A DNA stretch of 61,376 bases, filler included. It is 7 parts of 7 records of this genome, joined end to end, with 100 filler letters (N's around TTAATTAATTAA, not from the genome) between each part and the next. Parts side by side here need not be neighbours in the genome. Positions count along the whole stretch, not along the records: positions 49,515 to 61,376 come from DRR723986_804; 6 more parts are not named here. The stretch is one strand, 5' to 3'. The translations under genes and the position numbers were made by a program. How positions within the stretch are numbered: the stretch's first letter is position 1; every line of letters starts with the position of its first letter. Of the stretch, positions 52,870 to 61,376 are shown piece after piece. A model generated the notes under the pieces. That model was not told the DNA's origin, did no database searches, and saw nothing but the letters and a program-made list of their open reading frames with translations.

Positions 52870-53628
52870 ATGGCAGGACATAGTAAGTGGGCCAACATTA
52901 AACACCGCAAGGCGGCCGCTGACAAAAAGAAAGGCAAAGTGTTTACGCGCGTCAGCAAAGAGTTGACAATTGCCGCTCGCCAGGGTGGCGGTGATCCGGC
53001 AGCCAATCCGCGCCTGCGGCTGGCGATGCAGAGCGCGCGTGCTGCCAACATGGCTAATGACAAGATCCAGAAAGCGATTCAGAAAGGCACCGGAGAAATC
53101 GAAGGTGTCAACTACGAAGAATACACCTACGAGGGTTACGCTCCAAACGGCGTTGCAATCATTGTAGAGTGTGTGACGGACAACAAAAATCGTACGGTTG
53201 CCGACGTTCGCCATTTGTTTAACAAATACGGTGGAAGCATGGGAGAAACCAACTCCGTGGCCTGGAATTTTGAACGCAAAGGCATGATCACCACATCGGC
53301 TCCCAACTTGAGCGAAGATGACATGTTCGAGCACGTCGTAGAATCAGGTGCTGAGGACCTAACGCCAACAGATGAGAACTATGTGGTCGTTACTGCACTG
53401 GAAGCATTTGGACAGGCACATGACTATTTTGACAAGCTGGAAGGTGTTGAGGTCGTTGAAGCCAAGACCGAGTTTGTAGCCAACACAATGGCGAATATTG
53501 ATTCGGCGAGTGATGCCCGCAAGGTGATGAAGTTCCTGGACATGTTTGAAGAGTGTGACGACGTTCAGAATATCTACTCCAACTTCGAAATTTCCGACGA
53601 AGTTGCCGCTGAACTGGAAAACGACTAA
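52870..53628 (+). CDS. yebC: YebC/PmpR family protein
   Basis: MAGHSKWANIKHRK, YEGYAPNG, TDNKNRT, DDVQNIYSN. Confidence 0.95.
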   Translation: MAGHSKWANIKHRKAAADKKKGKVFTRVSKELTIAARQGGGDPAANPRLRLAMQSARAANMANDKIQKAIQKGTGEIEGVNYEEYTYEGYAPNGVAIIVECVTDNKNRTVADVRHLFNKYGGSMGETNSVAWNFERKGMITTSAPNLSEDDMFEHVVESGAEDLTPTDENYVVVTALEAFGQAHDYFDKLEGVEVVEAKTEFVANTMANIDSASDARKVMKFLDMFEECDDVQNIYSNFEISDEVAAELEND

Positions 53629-53630
53629 AG

Positions 53631-54188
53631 ATGCGTGTAATTGGAGTTGACCCCGGCAGCGTCATTTGCGGCTATGGCGTCGTTGAACGCATAGGAAAAC
53701 GCTATGAGTTGATTGAATACGGTGTTATCAAAGCCAAGGCCAAAGGAGACTCCCTCCCGCTGCGCTGCAAGATGATCTACACGCGTCTGGAACAGGTTAT
53801 CGCGCGTTCGCTCCCCGACGAGATGTCACTCGAAAGTCTTTTCTTCGCAAAGAATGTTTCCTCTGTGATTAAACTCTCACACGCACGCGGAGCTGCCATG
53901 CTGGCCGGTTCCATGCGCGATGTGCCGGTAGTTGAATACTCGCCTAAGGAAGTAAAGCGCGCCGTTACGGGTCGCGGTTCGGCAGATAAAAAACAAGTGC
54001 AATTCATGGTGCGGGATATGCTACTCATAGAGGAGACACCCGAATTTTTTGACGCAACTGATGCCCTGGCTGTGGCGCTCTGCCACTTAAACAAAGTTCA
54101 CTCTCCGCTCGGACGCCCCAGATCATGGAAACAGTTTATCGAAGACAATCCGGACAGGATAGTAGGCAAAAATCCCAAGAGCTCATGA
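53631..54188 (+). CDS. ruvC: Holliday junction resolvase RuvC
   Basis: IGVDPG, LESLFF, EYSPKEVKRAVTGRGSADKKQV, DATDALAVALCH. Confidence 0.96.
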   Translation: MRVIGVDPGSVICGYGVVERIGKRYELIEYGVIKAKAKGDSLPLRCKMIYTRLEQVIARSLPDEMSLESLFFAKNVSSVIKLSHARGAAMLAGSMRDVPVVEYSPKEVKRAVTGRGSADKKQVQFMVRDMLLIEETPEFFDATDALAVALCHLNKVHSPLGRPRSWKQFIEDNPDRIVGKNPKSS

Positions 54189-55093
54189 GTCAGCATATTC
54201 AGCATCTATTTTTAACGTTCTGTTGTTGCTTCTTTTTGTGGCTGAGCCTAACACCTATAGCCGGCGCACACCAAACATTCACCAGGTACAGGATTGCTGT
54301 CGATACTCCGCTGCTACTGGACACAAACGTCATTTTGCATTATAAAGTCGAGAGCACAAAACTCAACGATTCACATGGCGAACTCGAATATGAACGTGTC
54401 GCCTATGACCTGGACATCAACTTCTTACTGGATGACGTCTATGGTCGCCAGTACCGCTATCGCCTGTACAACTGGCAAAGTAGCGACATCGAAGACGGCA
54501 AAATACCTGCAGCTGTGGGAACACTTGAAACACTTGGGGAAACCACGACCCTGCTTGAATCATTTCCGCAGCCGGCAGATCAGCAGGGATTTGTGAGCGG
54601 CGATAGCTCCGAGCATCCACATCCGATTCTACTGGAGATTTCCTTAAATCTCTTCCACTTCCCTGATTTTGCCGACACAACTATTGCAATAGATTCAAAG
54701 CGAACTGAAAACACAAATGACGTCGATGAGAAATCATTCACAGATACATATGTGACGATTCAGCGGCGGGCAGACACAATTGGCGAAACTGCAAGTGCTC
54801 TGGACTCAATGGATCTGCGCAACTACATTGGCGTATACGAGCGGCATACCAGTGAAAAACGACAACGCGACAATACTCGGGAGATTTACACCACACGGTT
54901 TATTAAACAAAGTAATACAACCGAAACTCTGCATTGGAGTCACAATTTCAATATGCTCCTAGAATACAACAAACAGGTGCGTGGCGATCAAACATTTGCG
55001 ATCGAGGGTCAACTGAATCGCCTGTCGGGCTCCGAAGAACAAGAGACCACCAGCATCAAACTGCAGAGCGTCCGGCCAGTTTCAACTCCCTGA
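54185..55093 (+). CDS. Hypothetical exported protein
   Basis: ATGA overlap with the ruvC stop; signal-peptide-like N-terminus (FLWLSLTPIAGA); Thr/Glu-rich beta-type mature region. Confidence 0.72.
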   Translation: MSQHIQHLFLTFCCCFFLWLSLTPIAGAHQTFTRYRIAVDTPLLLDTNVILHYKVESTKLNDSHGELEYERVAYDLDINFLLDDVYGRQYRYRLYNWQSSDIEDGKIPAAVGTLETLGETTTLLESFPQPADQQGFVSGDSSEHPHPILLEISLNLFHFPDFADTTIAIDSKRTENTNDVDEKSFTDTYVTIQRRADTIGETASALDSMDLRNYIGVYERHTSEKRQRDNTREIYTTRFIKQSNTTETLHWSHNFNMLLEYNKQVRGDQTFAIEGQLNRLSGSEEQETTSIKLQSVRPVSTP

Positions 55094-55110
55094 TCTAACA
55101 AGAATTGTTT

Positions 55111-55147
55111 AAAACAACAAAGGCGCAATGAGTTAACACTGCACCTT
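55111..55147 (-). terminator. Terminator after ispH
   Basis: Minus strand AAGGTGCAGTG-ttaact-CATTGCGCCTT-TGTTGTTTT (stem with G-U pairs). Confidence 0.65.
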
Positions 55148-55188
55148 CAAAAGCTGTTGTAAAAACCTGCGGCTTCGTAGCGCTTGAT

Positions 55189-56094
55189 TCACGCTGTTGC
55201 AAGGCTGAAACGATCCTGAATCGCCTTCTGCACCTTTTGCATCAGCCAATGCGGCGTGCTTGTAGCTCCGGAAATTCCGACAGTTTCAACACCTTCAAAC
55301 CACTCTGATTGCATCTCTTCGATATCTTCGATGAAATAGGTGCGTGGGTTGGAGTCTTTGGCGACGTTAAAGAGCACTTTACCGTTGGAGGATTCACGCC
55401 CGGCGACAAACACAATGATGTCGTTATCGGCCGCGTATGCCGCCAGCTTATCCTCACGTCCCGAAACCTGGCCGCAGATCGTATCTTTGGCGTGGAAGTC
55501 AACTGCAATGTTTTCGTGCGAATCAACCACAAGCTCGCGAACTCGCTGCTTAAGTGCATCGCGAATCGCCTGAAAAGTCTCACGGTCCATGGTAGTCTGT
55601 GAAAACAGAACCGTTGGACGGTCCAAGTCAATCGAGCTGAGCGCTTCATCGACAGTTTTTACGACCAGACAGTCATCATTACAGACGCCGCGCACACCTT
55701 TAACTTCGGCATGTTCGCGTTTGCCAAAAATCACGACCTGAAAATCGTCGTTATAAAACTTGCGCACTCGCTCCTGCAGCTTGGTGACAACCGGACAGGT
55801 CGCGTCCACAAGCTGAATTCCGGCTTTGAATGCCTGGCGATACGTTGCCGGTGGTTCACCATGCGCCCGAATCAGGACGCGCGCATCGGTGCCCGCAATG
55901 TCATCGAAGTCGGCATGTGTGATGGTCTTGAGACCTTTCAGACGCAGCCGTTCAATTTCTTTGGGGTTGTGGATGATGTTGCCTAAAACGTATAGTGGAC
56001 GGCCAGTGCCATCTGCCAAATACTGTTCAGCAATTTGTACGGTGCGCACTACACCCCAGCAAAATCCGGAGGTGGGATCGATCGAAACTTGCAT
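55189..56094 (-). CDS. ispH: 4-hydroxy-3-methylbut-2-enyl diphosphate reductase
   Basis: SGFCWGV, IIHNP, IRAHG, DATCPVV, SQTT, DTICGQV, SSNG, GATSTP. Confidence 0.96.
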   Translation of the reverse strand: MQVSIDPTSGFCWGVVRTVQIAEQYLADGTGRPLYVLGNIIHNPKEIERLRLKGLKTITHADFDDIAGTDARVLIRAHGEPPATYRQAFKAGIQLVDATCPVVTKLQERVRKFYNDDFQVVIFGKREHAEVKGVRGVCNDDCLVVKTVDEALSSIDLDRPTVLFSQTTMDRETFQAIRDALKQRVRELVVDSHENIAVDFHAKDTICGQVSGREDKLAAYAADNDIIVFVAGRESSNGKVLFNVAKDSNPRTYFIEDIEEMQSEWFEGVETVGISGATSTPHWLMQKVQKAIQDRFSLATA

Positions 56095-56661
56095 GCCGGT
56101 CCTTTCAAATCAATTGACATGTTCGGCGCTATCGACGCGGGTGCTGCATTGAGATTGTCGGGCTGTGATATTGCCAATTCTACGCCGCTGCCAAAGCCGC
56201 GCTGCTCCAGTTATTGACATGAGCGCGCGCAAGAAACAGCGCCATAGAATCCACACAGCAAGAAATTTGCTGCCGTTTAATCGCATTTACTGCCCCATTT
56301 TGTTGCTCTCAGGGCCGTTCAGTATTACTCGCTGTGAATCTTCTGAAAATGCTGGTAATCTTGTATTGATAAGTCACGCGTCGACCAAGGCTTATCCTCA
56401 CAACACGTCATGCCATTAACCTAAAATTTTTTAGGGTGGGTGGAATATGACCTGGAGGCAGTTTTTCACCGAGGCGGAGGTGGGGAGGCCCCCTGATCAC
56501 GCATAAATCCGCCCAAAATTTTCAGCCTTCCCGCTCACTGTCTCTCAACGCCCATTAAGCCCCAAATAGTGCCCGTTCACACCACAGCACCTAAGCCGCC
56601 AAACATTTCACCCCAAAATTTCTCGCAAACAATTGCCCAACTCCAAAATTCATTATTCTAA

Positions 56662-56832
56662 CGTCGAAGACTCGTACCACTCAATCCTGTATTCGAAAAT
56701 CCCGAGTCCGGCATGCTCCAAGCAAGCGCCACTCAAACCCCTACCCGAAATTCCCTCAACCAACAAAGCTCCAAGCGAGCCCCGCTTTCACCTTTACCCG
56801 AAAATCCCTCAACCGACAAATGTGAATGCTCC
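56662..56832. repeat. Degenerate 53-bp tandem repeat (2 clear copies plus decayed flanking copies)
   Basis: 56715-56767 and 56768-56820 match at 43/53 positions by my count; a decayed copy precedes them (CCACTCAATCC..CGAAAATCCC) and GCTCC recurs at 56828. Confidence 0.8.
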
Positions 56833-56922
56833 GAATGCACAATCCACATGCTCATGAGTCACATGTCATTTTGCTGCGGACAGCTTTGTATGCTCTTCCT
56901 GAATGCTGTCATGCCCAGCCCC

Positions 56923-58230
56923 TCAACTCCCCAACTCAGCCCACACCTGCTCAAACTCCGCCATGCGCTCCTCGTACTCCTGCATCACGGCCGCCGCCGC
57001 TTCCGTGTCAGACTGATGCAAATAATTGTCGCGCAGCATTCGGTATAAAACTCCATAACGCTCGCGATAGACCTGCAGATTTTCAAATCTGAGCCCCACA
57101 CGTAGTTTAAGCCTGTACTTCTCCTCAAAGCCAAGGTCTTCGCCGGCACGCCTCTGCAGATCCTGCCAGCGAATCTGCAGGCCGCCAGGTGGCAACTTGA
57201 TATCCTCCAGATAGATGAATCTGACAGCGCCAAAATTACTGCTGCGCAAATCCACGCCCTGCGCAAACTCTGCCCCCACCAGCACCACGTCTTCGCCGAA
57301 CACCACATCAGTGAAATTTGGCCGCAAGGCGAATTCCGTTTCAAAAAAAGATACGCCGCTGTCTAAGCGGGCCGCCGTAAAGTCCGTCGCACCCGCAAAA
57401 TCACAACGCGAAAAAGCTATAGTTTTGTGGCTGTGGATTCCACTGAAGTCTGCCGGGCGCTCAAATTCTGCCAAACCAAAGGTCGCCGCGGCCCTGAACT
57501 CCGCCCCCGAATAATCGGTGATATCATTAAATTCGACGCCAAAAAAGCTCGTTAAGCCACTAAATAAGGTCGCGTCGAATTCAGTTAAGCCCTCAAACTC
57601 TGAATACTCGAATGAAGTCCTGTCATTAAATTGTGCGCCGCTAAAATTGGCCTGATCCTCAAATTCCACATCCACGAAGTACGACGGCACGTGAATTAAG
57701 GCCTGGCTGAAATCCACGCTGCGCTCAAAGTCACAATCGCTAAACCAGGCAAACAAAAACTCACTGCCGCTGAAACGCGCTCCACGGAAACTCACCTCAC
57801 CATAAAAATCCGTGTATTTACAATAGATTCCCTGGCTGTACTCACTCCCAGAAAAATCAGCAGGTCCCATAAAATCCGCGTGATTCACCGCAAGCCCCTT
57901 ACGAAACCACGCCCGCCGGAAGTCAGCCAGACTGTCAAACTCCGCCGCCGCAAAATGTGTCAGACCCTCAAACTGTGCATCGCTGAATCGCGCCTGTTTT
58001 CTGAATTCGGCATTGTTAAACGTAACCTCCGCCGCAAATGTATGCGCCCCAAATTCGGCCGTCTCGTCAAATTCATGATCGCCATAATCGTACTCCGCCG
58101 GCACGTCTATTTTGGGAGCCCGCAGCAGAACACAGCTCTGCAATGAAGTTGCAATCAAACACATCAACAGGGTCATGTGCGGGCCAAATACCCTTTGCCT
58201 AAAAAGCCGTCTCACTAATGACAAGTGCAT
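56923..58230 (-). CDS. Pentapeptide-repeat protein, probable lipoprotein
   Basis: Many roughly 11-residue (A/T/V)xFxxAxF repeats (e.g. ADFSGSEY, VSFRGARF, ANFSGAQF); lipobox-like SLQS-C after a hydrophobic stretch. Confidence 0.85.
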   Translation of the reverse strand: MHLSLVRRLFRQRVFGPHMTLLMCLIATSLQSCVLLRAPKIDVPAEYDYGDHEFDETAEFGAHTFAAEVTFNNAEFRKQARFSDAQFEGLTHFAAAEFDSLADFRRAWFRKGLAVNHADFMGPADFSGSEYSQGIYCKYTDFYGEVSFRGARFSGSEFLFAWFSDCDFERSVDFSQALIHVPSYFVDVEFEDQANFSGAQFNDRTSFEYSEFEGLTEFDATLFSGLTSFFGVEFNDITDYSGAEFRAAATFGLAEFERPADFSGIHSHKTIAFSRCDFAGATDFTAARLDSGVSFFETEFALRPNFTDVVFGEDVVLVGAEFAQGVDLRSSNFGAVRFIYLEDIKLPPGGLQIRWQDLQRRAGEDLGFEEKYRLKLRVGLRFENLQVYRERYGVLYRMLRDNYLHQSDTEAAAAVMQEYEERMAEFEQVWAELGS

Positions 58231-58309
58231 ACCACTCTCTCAGTTCAATCTGAATAGGTCATTGTAGTTGCCGTTAACGCCCAGCGAGGAACCTCAAATG
58301 ATTACTCTG

Positions 58310-58374
58310 ACTATGAACGCCAACGGTGCCTCCCAACGATGAACCCCAACGATAAACCCCAGGTATGAATCCAG
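58310..58374. repeat. Degenerate 13-bp tandem repeat (4-5 units)
   Basis: ACTATGAACGCCA / ACGGTGCCTCCCA / ACGATGAACCCCA / ACGATAAACCCCA / GGTATGAATCCAG. Confidence 0.7.
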
Positions 58375-58568
58375 TGCGGTGATCGCGCACCTCCCGAGGT
58401 TCTTTCAACCCTAATTCGCCTAAAATCGCAGATATTGAAACTGTTTTGCGGCTCGGCGTAATTTTCCTTTGCAGCACGCGCCAGCCGCACGTAACAGTGA
58501 TGCGCAGCCCCCCCGCGCCCCAAGTCTCTCAGCCGCAAAACCTGCATTCCCCAATCCTTCAGCCTACC

Positions 58569-59240
58569 TTAATCCGCCAGTTTAGCCTGAATTATCGCCA
58601 GCACGCGCGCATTCTGCTCGGTTATCCCCAAACCCGAAGTATCCAAATCAACTGCGTCATCCGCGCGCTTCAGCGGCGCAATCTCGCGCTCCGCGTCGCG
58701 CTGGTCGCGCTCGCGAATCTCCTGCAAAACAGTCTCAAAGTCTGCCGACTGCCCTCGCTTGTGAAGCTCATCTACACGCCGCTGCGCCCGCTCAGCTGCA
58801 TCAGCCGTCATAAAGATTTTCACATCGGCATCTGGAAACACATTTGTGCCGATGTCACGCCCGTCCATCACAATCGCGCCGCCGCGCCCAATCTCGCGTT
58901 GCTGCGCCACAAGTGCCGCGCGCACGCTCGGAAGTGCCGCCACCGCCGAAGCCAGCTCGGCTACAGCCTGTGTGCGGATTGCCGTTGAGACATCTTCGCC
59001 GTTCAGCATGGTGCGCTGCTCGTCGCCGGAGCGCTCCAGGCCAATTTCAATTGTTGGCAACAGTGCGCTCAAACTCGCATCATCAAGCGCGCATTCGGCA
59101 CGCAAAACTGCCAGCCCCACAGCGCGATACATTGCGCCTGTGTCGATGTACACATACCCGAGTTCACGCGCCACAGCGCGCGCCGTAGTACTTTTTCCGG
59201 AGCCCGCAGGGCCGTCTATCGCGATGATCAGCTTTTGCAT
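58569..59240 (-). CDS. cmk: Cytidylate kinase
   Basis: IAIDGPAGSGKST, DTGAMYRA, MDGRDIGTNVFPDA, RDQRD..R..APL. Confidence 0.97.
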   Translation of the reverse strand: MQKLIIAIDGPAGSGKSTTARAVARELGYVYIDTGAMYRAVGLAVLRAECALDDASLSALLPTIEIGLERSGDEQRTMLNGEDVSTAIRTQAVAELASAVAALPSVRAALVAQQREIGRGGAIVMDGRDIGTNVFPDADVKIFMTADAAERAQRRVDELHKRGQSADFETVLQEIRERDQRDAEREIAPLKRADDAVDLDTSGLGITEQNARVLAIIQAKLAD

Positions 59241-59258
59241 TCTATCTCAACAACTAAC

Positions 59259-59292
59259 AAAAAGAAAAAGCCGTGAACGCAGTTCAAACGGC
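59259..59292 (-). terminator. Terminator-like hairpin between the HAD gene and cmk
   Basis: Minus strand GCCGTTTGAAC-tgc-GTTCACGGC-TTTTTCTTTTT. Confidence 0.5.
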
Positions 59293-59375
59293 AGTCTGCC
59301 TGTATTTTTCTGAAGCCCAGCCGAGCTACAACTTCAATGTAACACACTGAAAAATATAAACTTAAGAGAATCACA

Positions 59376-60074
59376 CTACAGAACTTGCAGGAGCTGTTCG
59401 GCCATGTTACTTGCGCTCAAATCTTCGAATGCCGCGTCCGGTGTGTGCCGCGTAAGTTCGTCCAGGCCAAAACGACCGGTCGCCACGGCCGCCACCTTCA
59501 TGCCACCGGCCCTGGCACATTCAATGTCGCGATGTGTGTCGCCAATAATCAGTGAGCGCTGCGGATCAAAATCGATTCCCGGATGCAGGTCGCGCGCCCG
59601 CTCCAGCGCTATCGACGGCAAAACATTGCGCAAGTGGTGATCCGAGCCGTACGCGCCAAATCCAAAGTAGCCATCGAGCGCATGTGGCCGCAGCTTAGCA
59701 AAACCCGCGCCCTCCATATTGCCCGTCAGCAAACCCAGGCTGATGTCGCGCATAGCCTGTAATTCCTGCAGCAGAGACACCACACCCGGCAAGACCTCAA
59801 CCGTATCGGGCCTGCATTCCTGTTCCTGCACAGCTTCCACGCGCTGACGTATCTCCGCCGACCGCGCAAAAACCGCATCACGCGGCACGTCAAAACGCTC
59901 GGCGATTTCCAGGAAAATCCACAAATCCGTCTTGCCGCTGCACTCGTGATGAAAGTCCTGCGGCAGCTGCACGGCAAACATATCCGAGAAAACATCAAAA
60001 ACAGCCGGAGCACCGAAGCCGCGCCGCATGCGAATCAACGTTCCATCGATATCGAACAAAAGCAAACGCTGCAT
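59376..60074 (-). CDS. HAD-family hydrolase (phosphoglycolate phosphatase-like)
   Basis: LFDIDGTL, LLTGN, GAYGSD, IIGDTHRDIECA. Confidence 0.9.
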   Translation of the reverse strand: MQRLLLFDIDGTLIRMRRGFGAPAVFDVFSDMFAVQLPQDFHHECSGKTDLWIFLEIAERFDVPRDAVFARSAEIRQRVEAVQEQECRPDTVEVLPGVVSLLQELQAMRDISLGLLTGNMEGAGFAKLRPHALDGYFGFGAYGSDHHLRNVLPSIALERARDLHPGIDFDPQRSLIIGDTHRDIECARAGGMKVAAVATGRFGLDELTRHTPDAAFEDLSASNMAEQLLQVL

Positions 60075-60113
60075 CGCGACCCCAGATCGTATAAGCTGAT
60101 ATTTTTCAATGAT

Positions 60114-61208
60114 TTAGACGTTGAAGCGGAAAAAGATTATATCCCCGTCCTGCACAACATACTCCTTGCCTTCAACCTTGTAGAGGCCGGCTTCCTTGAC
60201 GGCACTTTCGGAACCGAGGCGCACGAGCTCATCGTATTTCATGACTTCGGCTCGGATAAACCCGCGCTCAAAATCTGTGTGAATCACACCGGCCGCCTGT
60301 GGCGCTTTTACACCCACACGTGTGGTCCACGCGCGCGATTCCTTGGGTCCGGACGTAAAGTACGTTTGCAGTCCCAGCAGCTGATAACCCTGCTGAATCA
60401 TGCGATGCAGCCCCGGCTCGGTCATGCCCATTTCCGCCAGAAACATCTCACGATCTTCGTCGCCCAGGTCAATCAATTGTGACTCAATATCGGCGCAAAT
60501 CGGCACAAATGCCGCGCCCTGCCCTTCGGCGTGTTTACGGACGATTTCGAGCATTTCGTTGCCGTCACGCATCCCGGCTTCATCGGTGTTCGCCACGTAC
60601 ATCACCGGCTTGTCGGTCAGCAGGTGATACTCATTCATGTACATACGTGCTTTTTCGTCGGCCTCAAAATTTTTGGCCAGGTTGCCGTCGGCCAGGAAAG
60701 CACCCAGACGTTCCAAGATCGCCAGTTCTTCCTTGGCAGTTTTTTCGTTGGCTTTGATGCGTTTGCTGACGGTCTGTTTACGCTTGTCAACCGTGTCGGT
60801 ATCGCGCAGGATCAGCTCAGTTTCAATAATTTCAATATCGCGCAGCGGGTCAACATCGCCATGCACGTGAATCACATTATCGTCGCTAAAACAGCGCACC
60901 ACATGTGCAATGGCGTGCACGGTGCGAATGTTCGCCAGGAACTGATTTCCGAGTCCCTCACCGCTCGCGGCACCTTTTACAAGACCAGCGATATCAACGA
61001 ACTCCATCGTTGTCGGCAGTATTTTAGCGGACTGCGAAATCTCGGCGACCTTGTCCAGCCGCGGATCGGGCACATTTACGATTCCCACATTCGGGTCAAT
61101 CGTACAAAACGGATAATTCGACGCTTCCACGCCACTTTCCGTCAAGGCATTAAACAGCGTGCTTTTCCCAACGTTCGGCAGGCCCACAATTCCACACGAG
61201 AAACCCAT
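60114..61208 (-). CDS. ychF: Redox-regulated ribosome-binding ATPase YchF
   Basis: MGFSCGIVGLPNVGKSTLFNALT, NYPFCTIDPN, VDIAGLVKGA, EGKEYVVQDGD..FRFNV. ATG 61208. Confidence 0.97.
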   Translation of the reverse strand: MGFSCGIVGLPNVGKSTLFNALTESGVEASNYPFCTIDPNVGIVNVPDPRLDKVAEISQSAKILPTTMEFVDIAGLVKGAASGEGLGNQFLANIRTVHAIAHVVRCFSDDNVIHVHGDVDPLRDIEIIETELILRDTDTVDKRKQTVSKRIKANEKTAKEELAILERLGAFLADGNLAKNFEADEKARMYMNEYHLLTDKPVMYVANTDEAGMRDGNEMLEIVRKHAEGQGAAFVPICADIESQLIDLGDEDREMFLAEMGMTEPGLHRMIQQGYQLLGLQTYFTSGPKESRAWTTRVGVKAPQAAGVIHTDFERGFIRAEVMKYDELVRLGSESAVKEAGLYKVEGKEYVVQDGDIIFFRFNV

Positions 61209-61376
61209 GATACAGCTCGTCTTCGTTTGATTCTTCAGAATATCTGCATGACAAACTTTCAAATTACGATTAATCCTTGGGGTGAGCAAAGGAAGGTTAA
61301 TTCTGCGGGAATAGGTCCGGATTGCAGCGCCCTTCCGTTCCACTCGGGCTTGCTTTTTGAGCATCTTGTTTGTCGC

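Noticed and set aside
56662..56832. Possible CRISPR array
   Set aside because: Units are contiguous and similar along their whole length, with no unique spacers and no cas genes.
58274..58477. 6S RNA or small ORF upstream of the pentapeptide gene
   Set aside because: I could not build the long rod with central bubble typical of 6S, and the 67-aa ORF has no recognisable features. Kept only as an unassigned structured repeat.

Overview
This window is not one locus. It is seven unrelated contigs joined by six identical artificial 100-nt linkers (N44-TTAATTAATTAA-N44), so no linkage can be inferred across the linkers. (1) 1-20441: gammaproteobacterial-looking contig with a partial TonB-dependent receptor, an arsenic operon (ArsC-ArsR fusion, arsC, arsH, acr3), a thiolase, glmS-glmU, two paralogous orphan lipoproteins, a lipoprotein alpha/beta hydrolase, a LysR/AhpD/flavin-binding/SnoaL module, a DMT transporter and a partial RsuA-type synthase. 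(2) 20542-26373: very GC-rich eukaryotic fragment, apparently one ~5.6 kb exon of a giant extracellular mosaic protein between intron ends. (3-6) 26474-49414: four Rhodobacteraceae-like contigs (xseA-alkB-yhhN-ftsY; rpoC-mobA-glycosyltransferases-rpsL; rplU-rpmA-obgE-proBA; glcD/hemJ-like/DUF599/vWA/ECF sigma/polA). (7) 49515-61376: Bacteroidota/Chlorobi/Ignavibacteria-like contig (rsgA, recJ, yebC, ruvC, ispH, pentapeptide-repeat protein, cmk, HAD, ychF). I found no CRISPR array, transposase, integrase or recognisable defence system. Best leads: two phage-tail-like domains inside the eukaryotic protein; the ArsC-ArsR fusion with a perfect operator; the orphan lipoprotein pair; a cutinase-like lipoprotein; a pentapeptide gene flanked by two different tandem-repeat elements between cmk and ispH; and a structured rplU leader. 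All family and taxon calls come from motif recognition by eye, not from database searches.
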